The position numbers and the translations under genes were made by a program. This document shows positions 1-10,352 of a stretch of DNA of 64,000 nt, in pieces. Position 1 is the stretch's first letter. Every line of letters begins with the position of its first letter. The notes under the pieces were generated by a model. The model did no database searches. It saw only the letters and a program-made list of their open reading frames with translations, and was not told where the DNA came from. This DNA is from Terriglobales bacterium (GTDB lineage Bacteria; Acidobacteriota; Terriglobia; Bryobacterales; Bryobacteraceae): NCBI GenBank assembly GCA_021372245.1, contig JAJFUV010000251.1:14799-78798 (forward strand). The letters are read 5' to 3'.

Positions 1-138
1 GCGCGCATCAAGTTCTTCGAAGTGGGGGAGACGCCGGCGAATTTAGCTTTCGACGCCGCGGGCACGCATGTATACGTCACCGCGCGCACGTCCATCTACC
101 GGATCGGACAACTCACGAAGGGAGCTGAGGCCCATTAA
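1..138 (+). CDS. 3' end of a CDS entering from the left edge (last 45 codons). Possibly a beta-propeller / SMP-30-gluconolactonase-like C-terminus, but the family is tentative
   Basis: Frame +1 is open from base 1 to TAA at 136-138 (...AAGTHVYVTARTSIYRIGQL...). Too short for a firm family call. Confidence 0.3.
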   Translation, partial: ARIKFFEVGETPANLAFDAAGTHVYVTARTSIYRIGQLTKGAEAH

Positions 139-583
139 CCGCCGGACAGATTCCCGCCGTTATCCCCGGCGCCCCATCCTGGGTGTGGGTGCGCTGATCA
201 TCCGGCGGGGTCGTGTGCTGCTCGCCGAGCGCGGGCACGAACCTTTGAAAGGTGTGTGGTCGCTTCCGGGCGGCGTCGTCGAAGTCGGCGAAACGCTGGA
301 GACGGCGATTCGCCGCGAAGTGCGCGAAGAGACCGGCCTGGAAGTAAAGGTGACGCGGCTGTTTGAGGTCTTCGAGCGCATAATGCCGGATGAGAATGGC
401 CGCAGCGAATATCATTACGTGTTGCTCGATTATTTGTGCCGCCCAGCCGGGGGCGCGCTGGCCGCGGGAGACGACGTGAGCCGCGTCGAGTGGGCCGCCG
501 AAGAGGATTTGAAGAAGTATCACATCACGGAAGGAACCGAAGCCGTCATCCGGCGCGCCTTCCGCGCAACGAGGAAATCATGA
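68..583 (+). CDS. NUDIX hydrolase
   Basis: Nudix box GGVVEVGETLETAIRREVREETGL. Stop TGA 581-583 overlaps the mutS2 ATG (ATGA). Start uncertain: ATG 68 would overlap the upstream frame by 71 nt, and in-frame GTG 185 is the alternative. Confidence 0.8.
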   Translation: MYTSPRARPSTGSDNSRRELRPINRRTDSRRYPRRPILGVGALIIRRGRVLLAERGHEPLKGVWSLPGGVVEVGETLETAIRREVREETGLEVKVTRLFEVFERIMPDENGRSEYHYVLLDYLCRPAGGALAAGDDVSRVEWAAEEDLKKYHITEGTEAVIRRAFRATRKS

Positions 584-3009
584 TCCAGTGGAGTACCGCG
601 CTGCTCGAATACGACGCGCTGAAGCGCCTGATTGAACGATACACGCCCAGCGCGCTCGGCCAGGCTGGGGCGCGCAAGATCGAGCCGTCGACGGACCGGA
701 GTGAGCTTGAGAGCCGCCACGCCGAAGTGGCGGAAGCCATGGAATACTTGCGCGCGGCCGCCAATCCGCAGCCGACCTCGCACACCGCCGTGATCCGGCT
801 GCGCTTCGCCGAAATGCCCGACCCGGCCGAGTCCGTTCCGAAGTTGCGCATTGAAGGCGCGGGGCTCGAAGCCACGGAAATCTTGAAGCTCACCGAGATG
901 CTGGACCGCGCCAGCGACATGCGCGCCATCCTGCAGTCCGCGCGCGAGCGTTTCCCGCTGCTCGGCGCCAAGTCGGACCAGTTGGGCGATTTTCGCCACA
1001 TAGTGCGCGACTTGGCGGGCAAGATTCTGCCGGACGGCACGCTTGCCGATAATGCCAGCCTCGCCCTCGCGCGCCTGCGCCGCGACATCGAGAAACAGAA
1101 GCAACACATCCACGACTCGCTGGAGCGGTTCCTGCGCAGGCACCACGAAGACGGGGTCTTGCGCGAGGACTTCGTTACCATCCGCAACGAACGATTCGTG
1201 GTGCCCATCGTGGCCGGCCAGCAGCGCAAGATCGACGGCGTCATCCACGGCGCGAGCGGCAGCGGGCACACCATGTTCGTCGAACCGCTCGAAACCATCG
1301 AACTGAACAACGAACTGGTGCGGCTGGACGAAGAGGAGATGCGCGAGGTTCACCGCATCTTGCGCGAGATGACCGACCGCCTGCGCGCGCAGGCCGCGCC
1401 TATCGCCAGGACCGTCGCCATGCTCGGCGAACTGGAACTGTTGTTCGGCATCGCACAGTTCGGCGTGGAGTTCGGCTGCGTGGCGCCGCGGTTCAGCGCG
1501 GACGGGACGCGGCGGCTCGACTTGCGTTCGGCGCGCCATCCGCTGTTGGAGGACGTGCTGCGGCGCCGCCATGCGGCAGTGGTGCCTGTGTCGCTATCGC
1601 TCGATGAAGGGCATCGCACGCTGCTCGTCAGCGGTCCCAACACGGGCGGCAAGACCGTGACGCTCAAGACCGTCGGGCTGCTGGCGCTCATGGCGCAAAG
1701 CGGGTTACCGGTGCCATGCGAAGCGGCGGAGTTTCCGCTGTTCGAAAAAGTGCTGGCGGATATCGGGGACAATCAATCCATCCAGGAGAGCCTCAGCACG
1801 TTTTCGGCGCACATCACGCGCGTCAGGGAAATGGTGGAAGCGGCCGACGGGGCGTCGCTCGTGCTTTTGGACGAGCTTGGACGCGCCACGGATCCGGAGG
1901 AAGGCGGTGCGCTGGGCGTCGCGATCCTGGAACGCTTTGCCAGATTGGGCGCGTTCACGCTGGCTTCAACGCATCTGGTTGCGCTGAAGGTCTACGGCGC
2001 GAGCACGGAAGGGGTCGTGAACGGCGGGATGGGCTTCGACGAAAACAGCCTGCAGCCCACCTACATTCTGCGTTTGGGAGCGCCGGGCAAGAGCGCCGGT
2101 CTGGACATCGCCAAGCGCCTGGGCATGAGCGAAGAACTGCTCCAGCGGGCGCGCGCCGCGATGAAGTCGAGCGATCGCGACATCGCCGCGTTCCTGGCGC
2201 AACTGCACGAGCGCATCGACAAGGCGCAGGCGCTCGAACAGGAACTCGAGCAGGCGCGTGCCGCCCTGGTGGAGCGGGAACGCGCCCTGGCAAAGGAGTG
2301 GGCCGCGAAGGAGACCGCCGAGCTCAAGGAACTCGAACGCCGCGCGGAATTGGTTCTTTCCCAGTTCGAAGGGCAGGCCCGCGAGGTGATCGAGACGATC
2401 CAGGCCGGCGCCGATCAACGAAAGGCCACCGACCGCGCCCAGCGCCGCGTCTTGCAAGCTAAGCGGGAATTGCGCGAGCAGATGGAAGTCAACACCATCT
2501 CGACACTGAACGAAGCGCGCCAAGGCGATCTGGAGACTCCCACGTCGCGGATTGTGGAGGGCGCACGCGTGCGTTTGAAGGGCGTGCGCGAGCCGGCCCG
2601 CGTGCGCCGCAAGCTCGGCAAAGACATCATCGAGGTTGAAGCCGGCTTCCTCAAACTTCAGGTGCCGATCGACGACGTGCTGGAGGTTTTGCCGGACGCG
2701 CCGGAATCATCCAAGCTGCCCAAGAACGTCTCCTACCGCGCGAGTTCGGATCTTTACGTGATCTCGCGCGAGTTGAACGTCATCGGCAAGCACGCCGAAG
2801 AGGCCTGCGAAGAAGTGGACAAGTTTCTGGACAGCGCGGTAATGGGATCCGTTTCGCGGGTGCGCATCGTGCACGGTCACGGGATGGGCGTATTGAAGCG
2901 AGCCATCTCCGAGCTGCTGGCCGTGCACCCGCACGTCGAGAAATTCCACGAAGCGCCGCAGAACGAAGGCGGCTCGGGAGCCACCATCGTCGAGTTGAAG
3001 GGCGCCTAG
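580..3009 (+). CDS. mutS2: Endonuclease MutS2 (MutS-family ATPase with C-terminal Smr domain)
   Basis: Walker A GPNTGGKTVTLKT. Smr-like C-terminus (LNVIGKHAEEA...VRIVHGHGMGVLKRAI). I chose ATG 580 (MIQWSTALLEYDALK), because the ORF-track start at 436 lies inside the NUDIX gene. Confidence 0.9.
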   Translation: MIQWSTALLEYDALKRLIERYTPSALGQAGARKIEPSTDRSELESRHAEVAEAMEYLRAAANPQPTSHTAVIRLRFAEMPDPAESVPKLRIEGAGLEATEILKLTEMLDRASDMRAILQSARERFPLLGAKSDQLGDFRHIVRDLAGKILPDGTLADNASLALARLRRDIEKQKQHIHDSLERFLRRHHEDGVLREDFVTIRNERFVVPIVAGQQRKIDGVIHGASGSGHTMFVEPLETIELNNELVRLDEEEMREVHRILREMTDRLRAQAAPIARTVAMLGELELLFGIAQFGVEFGCVAPRFSADGTRRLDLRSARHPLLEDVLRRRHAAVVPVSLSLDEGHRTLLVSGPNTGGKTVTLKTVGLLALMAQSGLPVPCEAAEFPLFEKVLADIGDNQSIQESLSTFSAHITRVREMVEAADGASLVLLDELGRATDPEEGGALGVAILERFARLGAFTLASTHLVALKVYGASTEGVVNGGMGFDENSLQPTYILRLGAPGKSAGLDIAKRLGMSEELLQRARAAMKSSDRDIAAFLAQLHERIDKAQALEQELEQARAALVERERALAKEWAAKETAELKELERRAELVLSQFEGQAREVIETIQAGADQRKATDRAQRRVLQAKRELREQMEVNTISTLNEARQGDLETPTSRIVEGARVRLKGVREPARVRRKLGKDIIEVEAGFLKLQVPIDDVLEVLPDAPESSKLPKNVSYRASSDLYVISRELNVIGKHAEEACEEVDKFLDSAVMGSVSRVRIVHGHGMGVLKRAISELLAVHPHVEKFHEAPQNEGGSGATIVELKGA

Positions 3010-4364
3010 CGCCCTTCCTGTTGATTCAGGCCGCAGTCTACGCAAAGGCAGTCGAGCGGCTTTCCGATGGCTGCGGCCAGGTCCTCGATGGTGTTGTACT
3101 CGAGGTCTTCGACACCCAGGTATTTTGCCCGGTCCGCAATTTCCGGAATGCGGTCCGCCAGGACTTCGCCCTTGCGGGTCGTCTTCCCCCACTTGCAGTG
3201 CGAGCGTAGCTCCGGATTGGAGATCCGGAAGTGAATTGCCTTGATGCCCGCCTGCCGCAGTTTCGGCACCAGGTTCATCTGCGTCTGCGTGCCGCGCACG
3301 ATGGAATCGTCGCAGACCACCACCGTTTTCCCGGAGCAATCCTCGCCGCTTGCCAGGAGCTTGATGCTCGCTTCCTTGTCGCGCTGCTTCTGATCCTGTG
3401 GGATAAAGCTGCGTCCGGCGTAAGGGTACTTGAGCAGCAGCTCGTCGTACATCGGGATCCGGTTGACTTTTCCCGCCATCATCTGCCGGCAGAACTCCTG
3501 GTGATAGCCGATTGCGTGGAACCGGCCGGAGTCCGGAACGGGAATCACCACGTCCGGCACAAATCCGCGCCGGATGTCCCGGGCCGCCAGCGCGGCGCCC
3601 AGCCGTTTGCGGACCAGCGAATCCGGAATATCCTCGAACACGTTGCTGGGGAATCCCGTGTAGACCCAGTAGAAGCTACACACCTTCACCCGGCCGCCCG
3701 CGATCTTGCACTTCGACTCAGAACGCCCGTTCTTGAGCAGCACGACCTCGCCCGGTTCGATATCCCGCACGCGCCGGAAACCCAGGTTGGCGAAACCCGC
3801 GGATTCCGAGGCGACAATCGACGCTCCGTCCTTCTCCCCGAGCACCAGCGGCCATTGCCCGGAGGGGCAGCGGACCGCATAAATCCCCGCGCTCGTGAGT
3901 ATAAGCATAGAGTATGCGCCTTCGATTTCCTTGGTCAGGCACTTGATCCCTTCGATAACATCGGAGCCCTGCGCCACCATTTTGGTGAGGACCTCGATGT
4001 CGTCGCCGCGCGTGAAGACGTGGCCGAGGCTCTTGAACCGTTCGACAAGGACCTTGAGGTTGGTCACGTTGCCCGAGAAGCAGATTGAAAGCTGACCAAG
4101 GCGCGTATCCGAGAAGTAGGGCTCGCGAACCGAACCGCAGTAGCCGATTCCTTCCGTCCCATCGAGACCCTCCATGTCGGAAGTGAAGGTGGCGCGGAAC
4201 CGGCCGCGATGGGTGCGAATGCGGAACTCACCGTTCGAGTAAGTGGACAGGCCGGCGTACGCTTCACCGAGGTGCTGGTTGTAAAACGTGCCCCAGAACA
4301 AGTCACCTAAAAAGGTGTCTTTATAAGTTGCGGGATCAATGCTGAGAGCAAAAAGTCCGGGCAT
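3006..4364 (-). CDS. Amidophosphoribosyltransferase (PurF)-like protein with a degenerate glutaminase domain and an intact PRTase domain
   Basis: Collinear with PurF. PRTase motifs DVVIPVPDSG and VVVCDDSIVRGTQ are present, as are Cys residues where B. subtilis-type PurF binds 4Fe-4S (CSFYWVY, HCKWG, CVDCG). The N-terminus is MPGLFALS instead of (M)CG[VI]FG, so there is no Cys1 nucleophile. ATG at 4364. Confidence 0.75.
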   Translation of the reverse strand: MPGLFALSIDPATYKDTFLGDLFWGTFYNQHLGEAYAGLSTYSNGEFRIRTHRGRFRATFTSDMEGLDGTEGIGYCGSVREPYFSDTRLGQLSICFSGNVTNLKVLVERFKSLGHVFTRGDDIEVLTKMVAQGSDVIEGIKCLTKEIEGAYSMLILTSAGIYAVRCPSGQWPLVLGEKDGASIVASESAGFANLGFRRVRDIEPGEVVLLKNGRSESKCKIAGGRVKVCSFYWVYTGFPSNVFEDIPDSLVRKRLGAALAARDIRRGFVPDVVIPVPDSGRFHAIGYHQEFCRQMMAGKVNRIPMYDELLLKYPYAGRSFIPQDQKQRDKEASIKLLASGEDCSGKTVVVCDDSIVRGTQTQMNLVPKLRQAGIKAIHFRISNPELRSHCKWGKTTRKGEVLADRIPEIADRAKYLGVEDLEYNTIEDLAAAIGKPLDCLCVDCGLNQQEGR

Positions 4365-4521
4365 TGCGGGATCTCCTTTCGGATGGCGAAAACAGGCAGG
4401 ATACCGCGCTCTGGTAGCTTCCTGCCAGTCCGTCTCATGACGGTGTATACTCTCAACTGCCCCGGCAATCAGGCTTGGCCCGGGGAGAGGCGCGCAAGCA
4501 CCACGATTCTGGAGGATATTG

Positions 4522-5487
4522 ATGAAGATCGTTGAGATACCCGCCGCGAAGCTGAACACCAGGGATTTCATCCGCCGGCAGAGCGAGGAACTGTCGAAGG
4601 CGGTTGGGGAGGCCACCGCGATAACCGCCTTGTCCGGAGGCGTGGATTCGGCGACGGTGACCGTCCTGGGCCACAAGGCGCTCGGCAAGCGGCTGGCCGC
4701 CTATTTCATAGACAACGGCCTGATGCGAAAAGGCGAGCCACAGATGGTGGCACGCGAGTTCCGCAAAATGGGCATCCGCGTCCAAGTGCTGGATGCGAAG
4801 CAGGCGTTCTTCGACGCTCTCAGCGGACTCCGGGATCCCGAAGAGAAACGGGAGGCGATCACCCGGACTTTTTACAAGGACGTCTTCGGGGCGTTGGTCA
4901 AGAAGAGCGGCGCGCGCTTCCTGTTGCAGGGCACCATCCTGACGGACGTGGAAGAGACTGTGGCGGGCGTCAAACGGCAGCACAACGTCCTGGCTCAATT
5001 GGGTATCGATCCGGAGGAAGTCTACGGCTACGGCGTGATCGAGCCCCTGCTTCAACTCCGCAAGGACGGCGTGCGAAAGCTCGCCCGGGCGTTGGGTCTG
5101 CCTGCGTGCTTCCACAGCAGGATGCCATTCCCCGGACCGGCCCTCGCCGCCAGGGTGGTGGGAGAGGCTTCGCCCGAAAGGATCGAACTGGTTCGGAAGG
5201 CCACGGCCATCCTCGAAGCCGAACTGGAAAAGGTCAAGAAGTTCCAGTGCATGGCAATCCTGCACGAGGACAAATTCCCCGGGATGCGGAACGGTAAGCG
5301 GGACTATGGCCGGCAGATCGAACTCCGGTGCTGGGCCAGCGTGGACGCCAGGACGGCCGAGCCGGTGTGGCTTGCGCCGCGGCTGCTGAAGAAGCTGGCG
5401 GCGCGCATGACCAAAGAGGTTCCCGGCGTCGTGAGCGTGACTTACAACATCGCTTCCAAGCCGCCATCCACGATGGAAGCAGTCTGA
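4522..5487 (+). CDS. Stand-alone GMP synthase ATP-pyrophosphatase / dimerisation domain (GuaA C-terminal half, subunit-B-like)
   Basis: PP-loop SGGVDS. Collinear with the GuaA C-terminal half and ends ...SKPPSTMEAV (compare GuaA ...KPPATIEWE). No class-I GATase domain. GGAGG lies 6 nt upstream of ATG 4522, whereas the ORF-track TTG 4519 is too close to the SD. Confidence 0.8.
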   Translation: MKIVEIPAAKLNTRDFIRRQSEELSKAVGEATAITALSGGVDSATVTVLGHKALGKRLAAYFIDNGLMRKGEPQMVAREFRKMGIRVQVLDAKQAFFDALSGLRDPEEKREAITRTFYKDVFGALVKKSGARFLLQGTILTDVEETVAGVKRQHNVLAQLGIDPEEVYGYGVIEPLLQLRKDGVRKLARALGLPACFHSRMPFPGPALAARVVGEASPERIELVRKATAILEAELEKVKKFQCMAILHEDKFPGMRNGKRDYGRQIELRCWASVDARTAEPVWLAPRLLKKLAARMTKEVPGVVSVTYNIASKPPSTMEAV

Positions 5488-5555
5488 CGCGCTGAGCCGC
5501 CGCCACGCGGGATCCGCTCCGATTGGCAGGTTCTCGTTATACTGGAATTTCCCGC

Positions 5556-7045
5556 ATGACGACATCTGCTGCCAATCCTGTACGCGTGCGTTACGCCCCC
5601 AGTCCCACTGGCGATTTTCACGTGGGCGGGGCGCGGACCGCGCTATTTAATTACCTGTTCGCCCGCCACACCGGCGGCAAGTTCATCCTGCGCATCGAGG
5701 ACACCGATCAGAAGCGATACAATCCGCAAGCACTCGGCTGGTTGCTCGGCGGCCTTCGTTACCTTGGGCTCGATTGGGATGAAGGCCCGGAAGTGGGCGG
5801 CGACTACGGACCTTACGTCCAGACCCAGCGTCTGGATATCTACCAGCGCTACTCGCAACAGTTGCTCGAATCGGGCGCGGCCTACCGCTGCTTCTGCACG
5901 TCAGAGCGCATCGAGCAGGCCTCGAAGGAACTGCAAAAGCAGGGGCACAATCCCGGCTACGACCGGCACTGCCGCTCGCTCGATCCGGAGGAGGCGACGA
6001 GGCGCGCCGCTGCCGGCGAGCCTCACACCGTGCGCTTCAAGATGCCGCTCGAAGGCGAAATCACGGTTCGCGACCTGATCCGTGGCGACATCACCTTCCA
6101 GCACAGCATCCTGCAGGACACCGTGCTGATGAAGTCCGACGGCATTCCCACCTATCACTTGGCCAACGTCATCGACGACCATCTGATGGAGATCACCCAC
6201 ATCCTGCGCGGCGACGAGTGGGTGAACTCGCTCCCCTTGCACGCCCATCTTTACGCCGCCTTCGGATGGCAGCCGCCCGTGATGGCGCACCTGCCGCTGA
6301 TCCTCAATCCCACCGGCAAAGGCAAAATGAGCAAGCGCGAGGACCGGGCGCCGGACGGCCGCATTCTGCCCGTGTTCGTCCGCACGTTCCACGAGACGGG
6401 ATATCTGCCCGAGGCCATGATCAATTACTTGGCGCTGGTCGGCTGGAGCTTCGACGATAGGACCGAAATCATGAGCCGCGAGGAGTTGATCGAACGCTTC
6501 ACGCTGGAACGGGTCAACGCATCGCCCGCGGTTTGGAATTACGAGAAACTCGATCACCTGAACGGTTGTTACATCCGCTCGCTGAGCGTCGAGGACTTGA
6601 CCCGGCGCTTGGTGCCTTACGCCGTCAAGGCTGGTTTCGACGTCACCTACGAGAAGATGCTCCCTGTCACGCCGCTGATACGTGAGCGCATCACCACGCT
6701 CGTCGACGTGGCGCACGCGGCGGATTTCTTCTTCCTAGCCGAGTTGCCGCCTTACAATCCAGCCGAGTTGATCCCTCAAAAAGCGGACGCGGCGCTGGCC
6801 CTCACGGTGCTCGAAAAAGCGCACTCGCGGCTGGCCGAAACGGAATTCACCCACGAAGCGCTCGAAGCCGCCCTGCGCGGCGAAGCAGAGGCGCTTAAGA
6901 TCAAAACCGGCCAGATGTTTCAGCCGGTTCGCGTTGCAGTCTGCGGACGCAAAGCCGCCCCGCCGCTGTTCGAGACCCTCCAGGTATTGGGCCGGACCAC
7001 CTGCCTGGCGCGAATTGAGAAAGCCATTGGAAAATTGAAAAACAT

Positions 7046-7049
<4 letters not shown>
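5556..7049 (+). CDS. gltX: Glutamate--tRNA ligase
   Basis: [25 protein letters not shown] (HIGH-type motif), [18 protein letters not shown] (KMSKS motif). I chose ATG 5556. Confidence 0.92.
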
Positions 7050-8764
<1,715 letters not shown>

Positions 8765-8773
8765 CTCCGACTA

Positions 8774-10351
8774 ATGACCATCTTGGGAATCGGCGGGCTG
8801 CTCAACGACCCCGCCGCCGCCATTCTGAAGGACGGGCGCCTGGTGGCGGCTGTCGAAGAGAAGAAGCTCGCGCGCCATCACCGGCCCGGCGAACTGCCCG
8901 AGGCCGCCATCGCGGAATGCCTGCGTGCGGCAGGTGTCGAGCCGGAGCAGGTGGACTGCGTCGCCGTCGTGAGGCCCCTGGCGAGGGGACCGGAAACCGC
9001 CCTGCATCTCGAGTTGCGTTCGGAATTCCCGGCGAGCCAGATTGTCGTCGTCGAACATCACGCGGCGCACGCGGCATCGGCTTACTACGCCTCGCCTTAT
9101 GAGCAGGCCACCGTGCTGACGCTCGATCGCGCGGGCGACTTCCGCTGCGGCTCGCGCTGGCGCGCTTCGGGCAACTCACTGCAGGTCGAACGGGAGCTTT
9201 ACTACCCGGATTCGCTGGGCGAACTCTACGGCCGCGTCACCGAGTTGCTCGGTTTTGATCCGAACGCCGACGAGCACAAGGTGCAATGGCTGTCGGCCTT
9301 TGGCGACGATAGCTTGAGCGGCATTTTCGAAGAGATAATCACTTTCGCCAACGGCGACTGGCCGCGTCTGGACCGGACTTACTTCGACGCCGAGCGGGTC
9401 GGCAGCGGAGGCTTCAGCTCTCGCTTCTACCGCAAGCTGGGCACCGAGGATCGCGCCCCCGTTCCCGAGAATCGCCGGGCCGCGCTGGCACGCGCGCTGC
9501 AGAGCGCTATCGAGAAGACTGTGCTGACCATGGCCGGCAGCGGCGAGAATCTTGCCCTGGCCGGCGGGCTCGCATTGAACGTGCTCCTGGTGGCTGCGTT
9601 GGAACGCTCCGGACAGTGGAAGAACGTGTTCGTGCAACCGGCCGCGGGTAACGCCGGCACCGCCCTGGGAGCCGTCCTTCACGCCTGGCACAACGTGTAC
9701 GGGCATACCGAGCGTTGCGGTTTGGGCGACTTTTGCCTGGGTCCCAGCTACACGGCCGAGGAAATCAAGCAGGTGCTCGAAAACTGCAAGCTGCGGTTCC
9801 GCTACCTGCTCACCACCGGCGAACTGATCGACACGGCGGTGCGCGAGTTGAACGACCTGAAGATTGTCGCCTGGATGCATGGCCGCATGGAGTTCGGTGC
9901 GCGCGCCCTGGGCAATCGCAGCATTCTCGCCTCGCCGCTCAACCTGTACTCGACCGAGAACCTCAACATTTACATCAAACGTCGCGAGCCGTTCCGCAAG
10001 TTCGCGGCCTCGGTGCCCGAGGAACTGGCCTCCAAGTATTTCGAAGTCGGACCGAACGCGCGCTTCCTCACGACGGTCGGGCGCGTACGGCCGCAGCACC
10101 GCAAAACGTTCGAAAGCGCCATCCTCGCCGGCGACATGATTCGCGTGCACACGGTGTCGCGCGAGGACAATCCGCTCTACTGGCAGCTTCTGCACGCCAT
10201 GGGCGAGGCAGCCGGATTGCCCGTGCTCTACAACACGTCCTTCAACCTGTTCGGCGATCCGCTGGTGTGCACCCCGCGCGACGCGGTCCGCAGCTTCTAC
10301 TCTTCGGGCATCGATTCGATGTTCGTGGGGAATTTCCTGTTGGAGAAATAG
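8774..10351 (+). CDS. Carbamoyltransferase (NodU/CmcH/TobZ family)
   Basis: N-terminal ILGIGG...DGRLVAAVEEKKLARHH, VEHHAAHAASAYY metal motif, C-terminal LYNTSFNLFGDPLV. Confidence 0.8.
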   Translation: MTILGIGGLLNDPAAAILKDGRLVAAVEEKKLARHHRPGELPEAAIAECLRAAGVEPEQVDCVAVVRPLARGPETALHLELRSEFPASQIVVVEHHAAHAASAYYASPYEQATVLTLDRAGDFRCGSRWRASGNSLQVERELYYPDSLGELYGRVTELLGFDPNADEHKVQWLSAFGDDSLSGIFEEIITFANGDWPRLDRTYFDAERVGSGGFSSRFYRKLGTEDRAPVPENRRAALARALQSAIEKTVLTMAGSGENLALAGGLALNVLLVAALERSGQWKNVFVQPAAGNAGTALGAVLHAWHNVYGHTERCGLGDFCLGPSYTAEEIKQVLENCKLRFRYLLTTGELIDTAVRELNDLKIVAWMHGRMEFGARALGNRSILASPLNLYSTENLNIYIKRREPFRKFAASVPEELASKYFEVGPNARFLTTVGRVRPQHRKTFESAILAGDMIRVHTVSREDNPLYWQLLHAMGEAAGLPVLYNTSFNLFGDPLVCTPRDAVRSFYSSGIDSMFVGNFLLEK

Positions 10352-10352
10352 C

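Noticed and set aside
436-579. N-terminal extensions in the ORF track: mutS2 from 436, tolB from 15607, pal from 17066, cpoB from 18086, fliP from 41989, fliO from 42387, the FG-GAP protein from 53909, malQ from 54261 and purF-like from 4688.
   Set aside because: The extensions overlap the preceding gene or are Arg-rich nonsense. Internal ATG starts give canonical N-termini, signal peptides, SD sequences or ATGA coupling.
4365-4521. Two hairpins in the purF-like/guaA-like divergent region (GGCAGGA/TCCTGCC at 4395-4426 and CCCCGG/CCGGGG at 4460-4485), considered as a possible purine, ZTP or PRPP-type riboswitch.
   Set aside because: I could not match any riboswitch consensus by eye. Short GC stems are expected by chance at this GC content. 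This is worth an Rfam scan but is not reportable as a feature.
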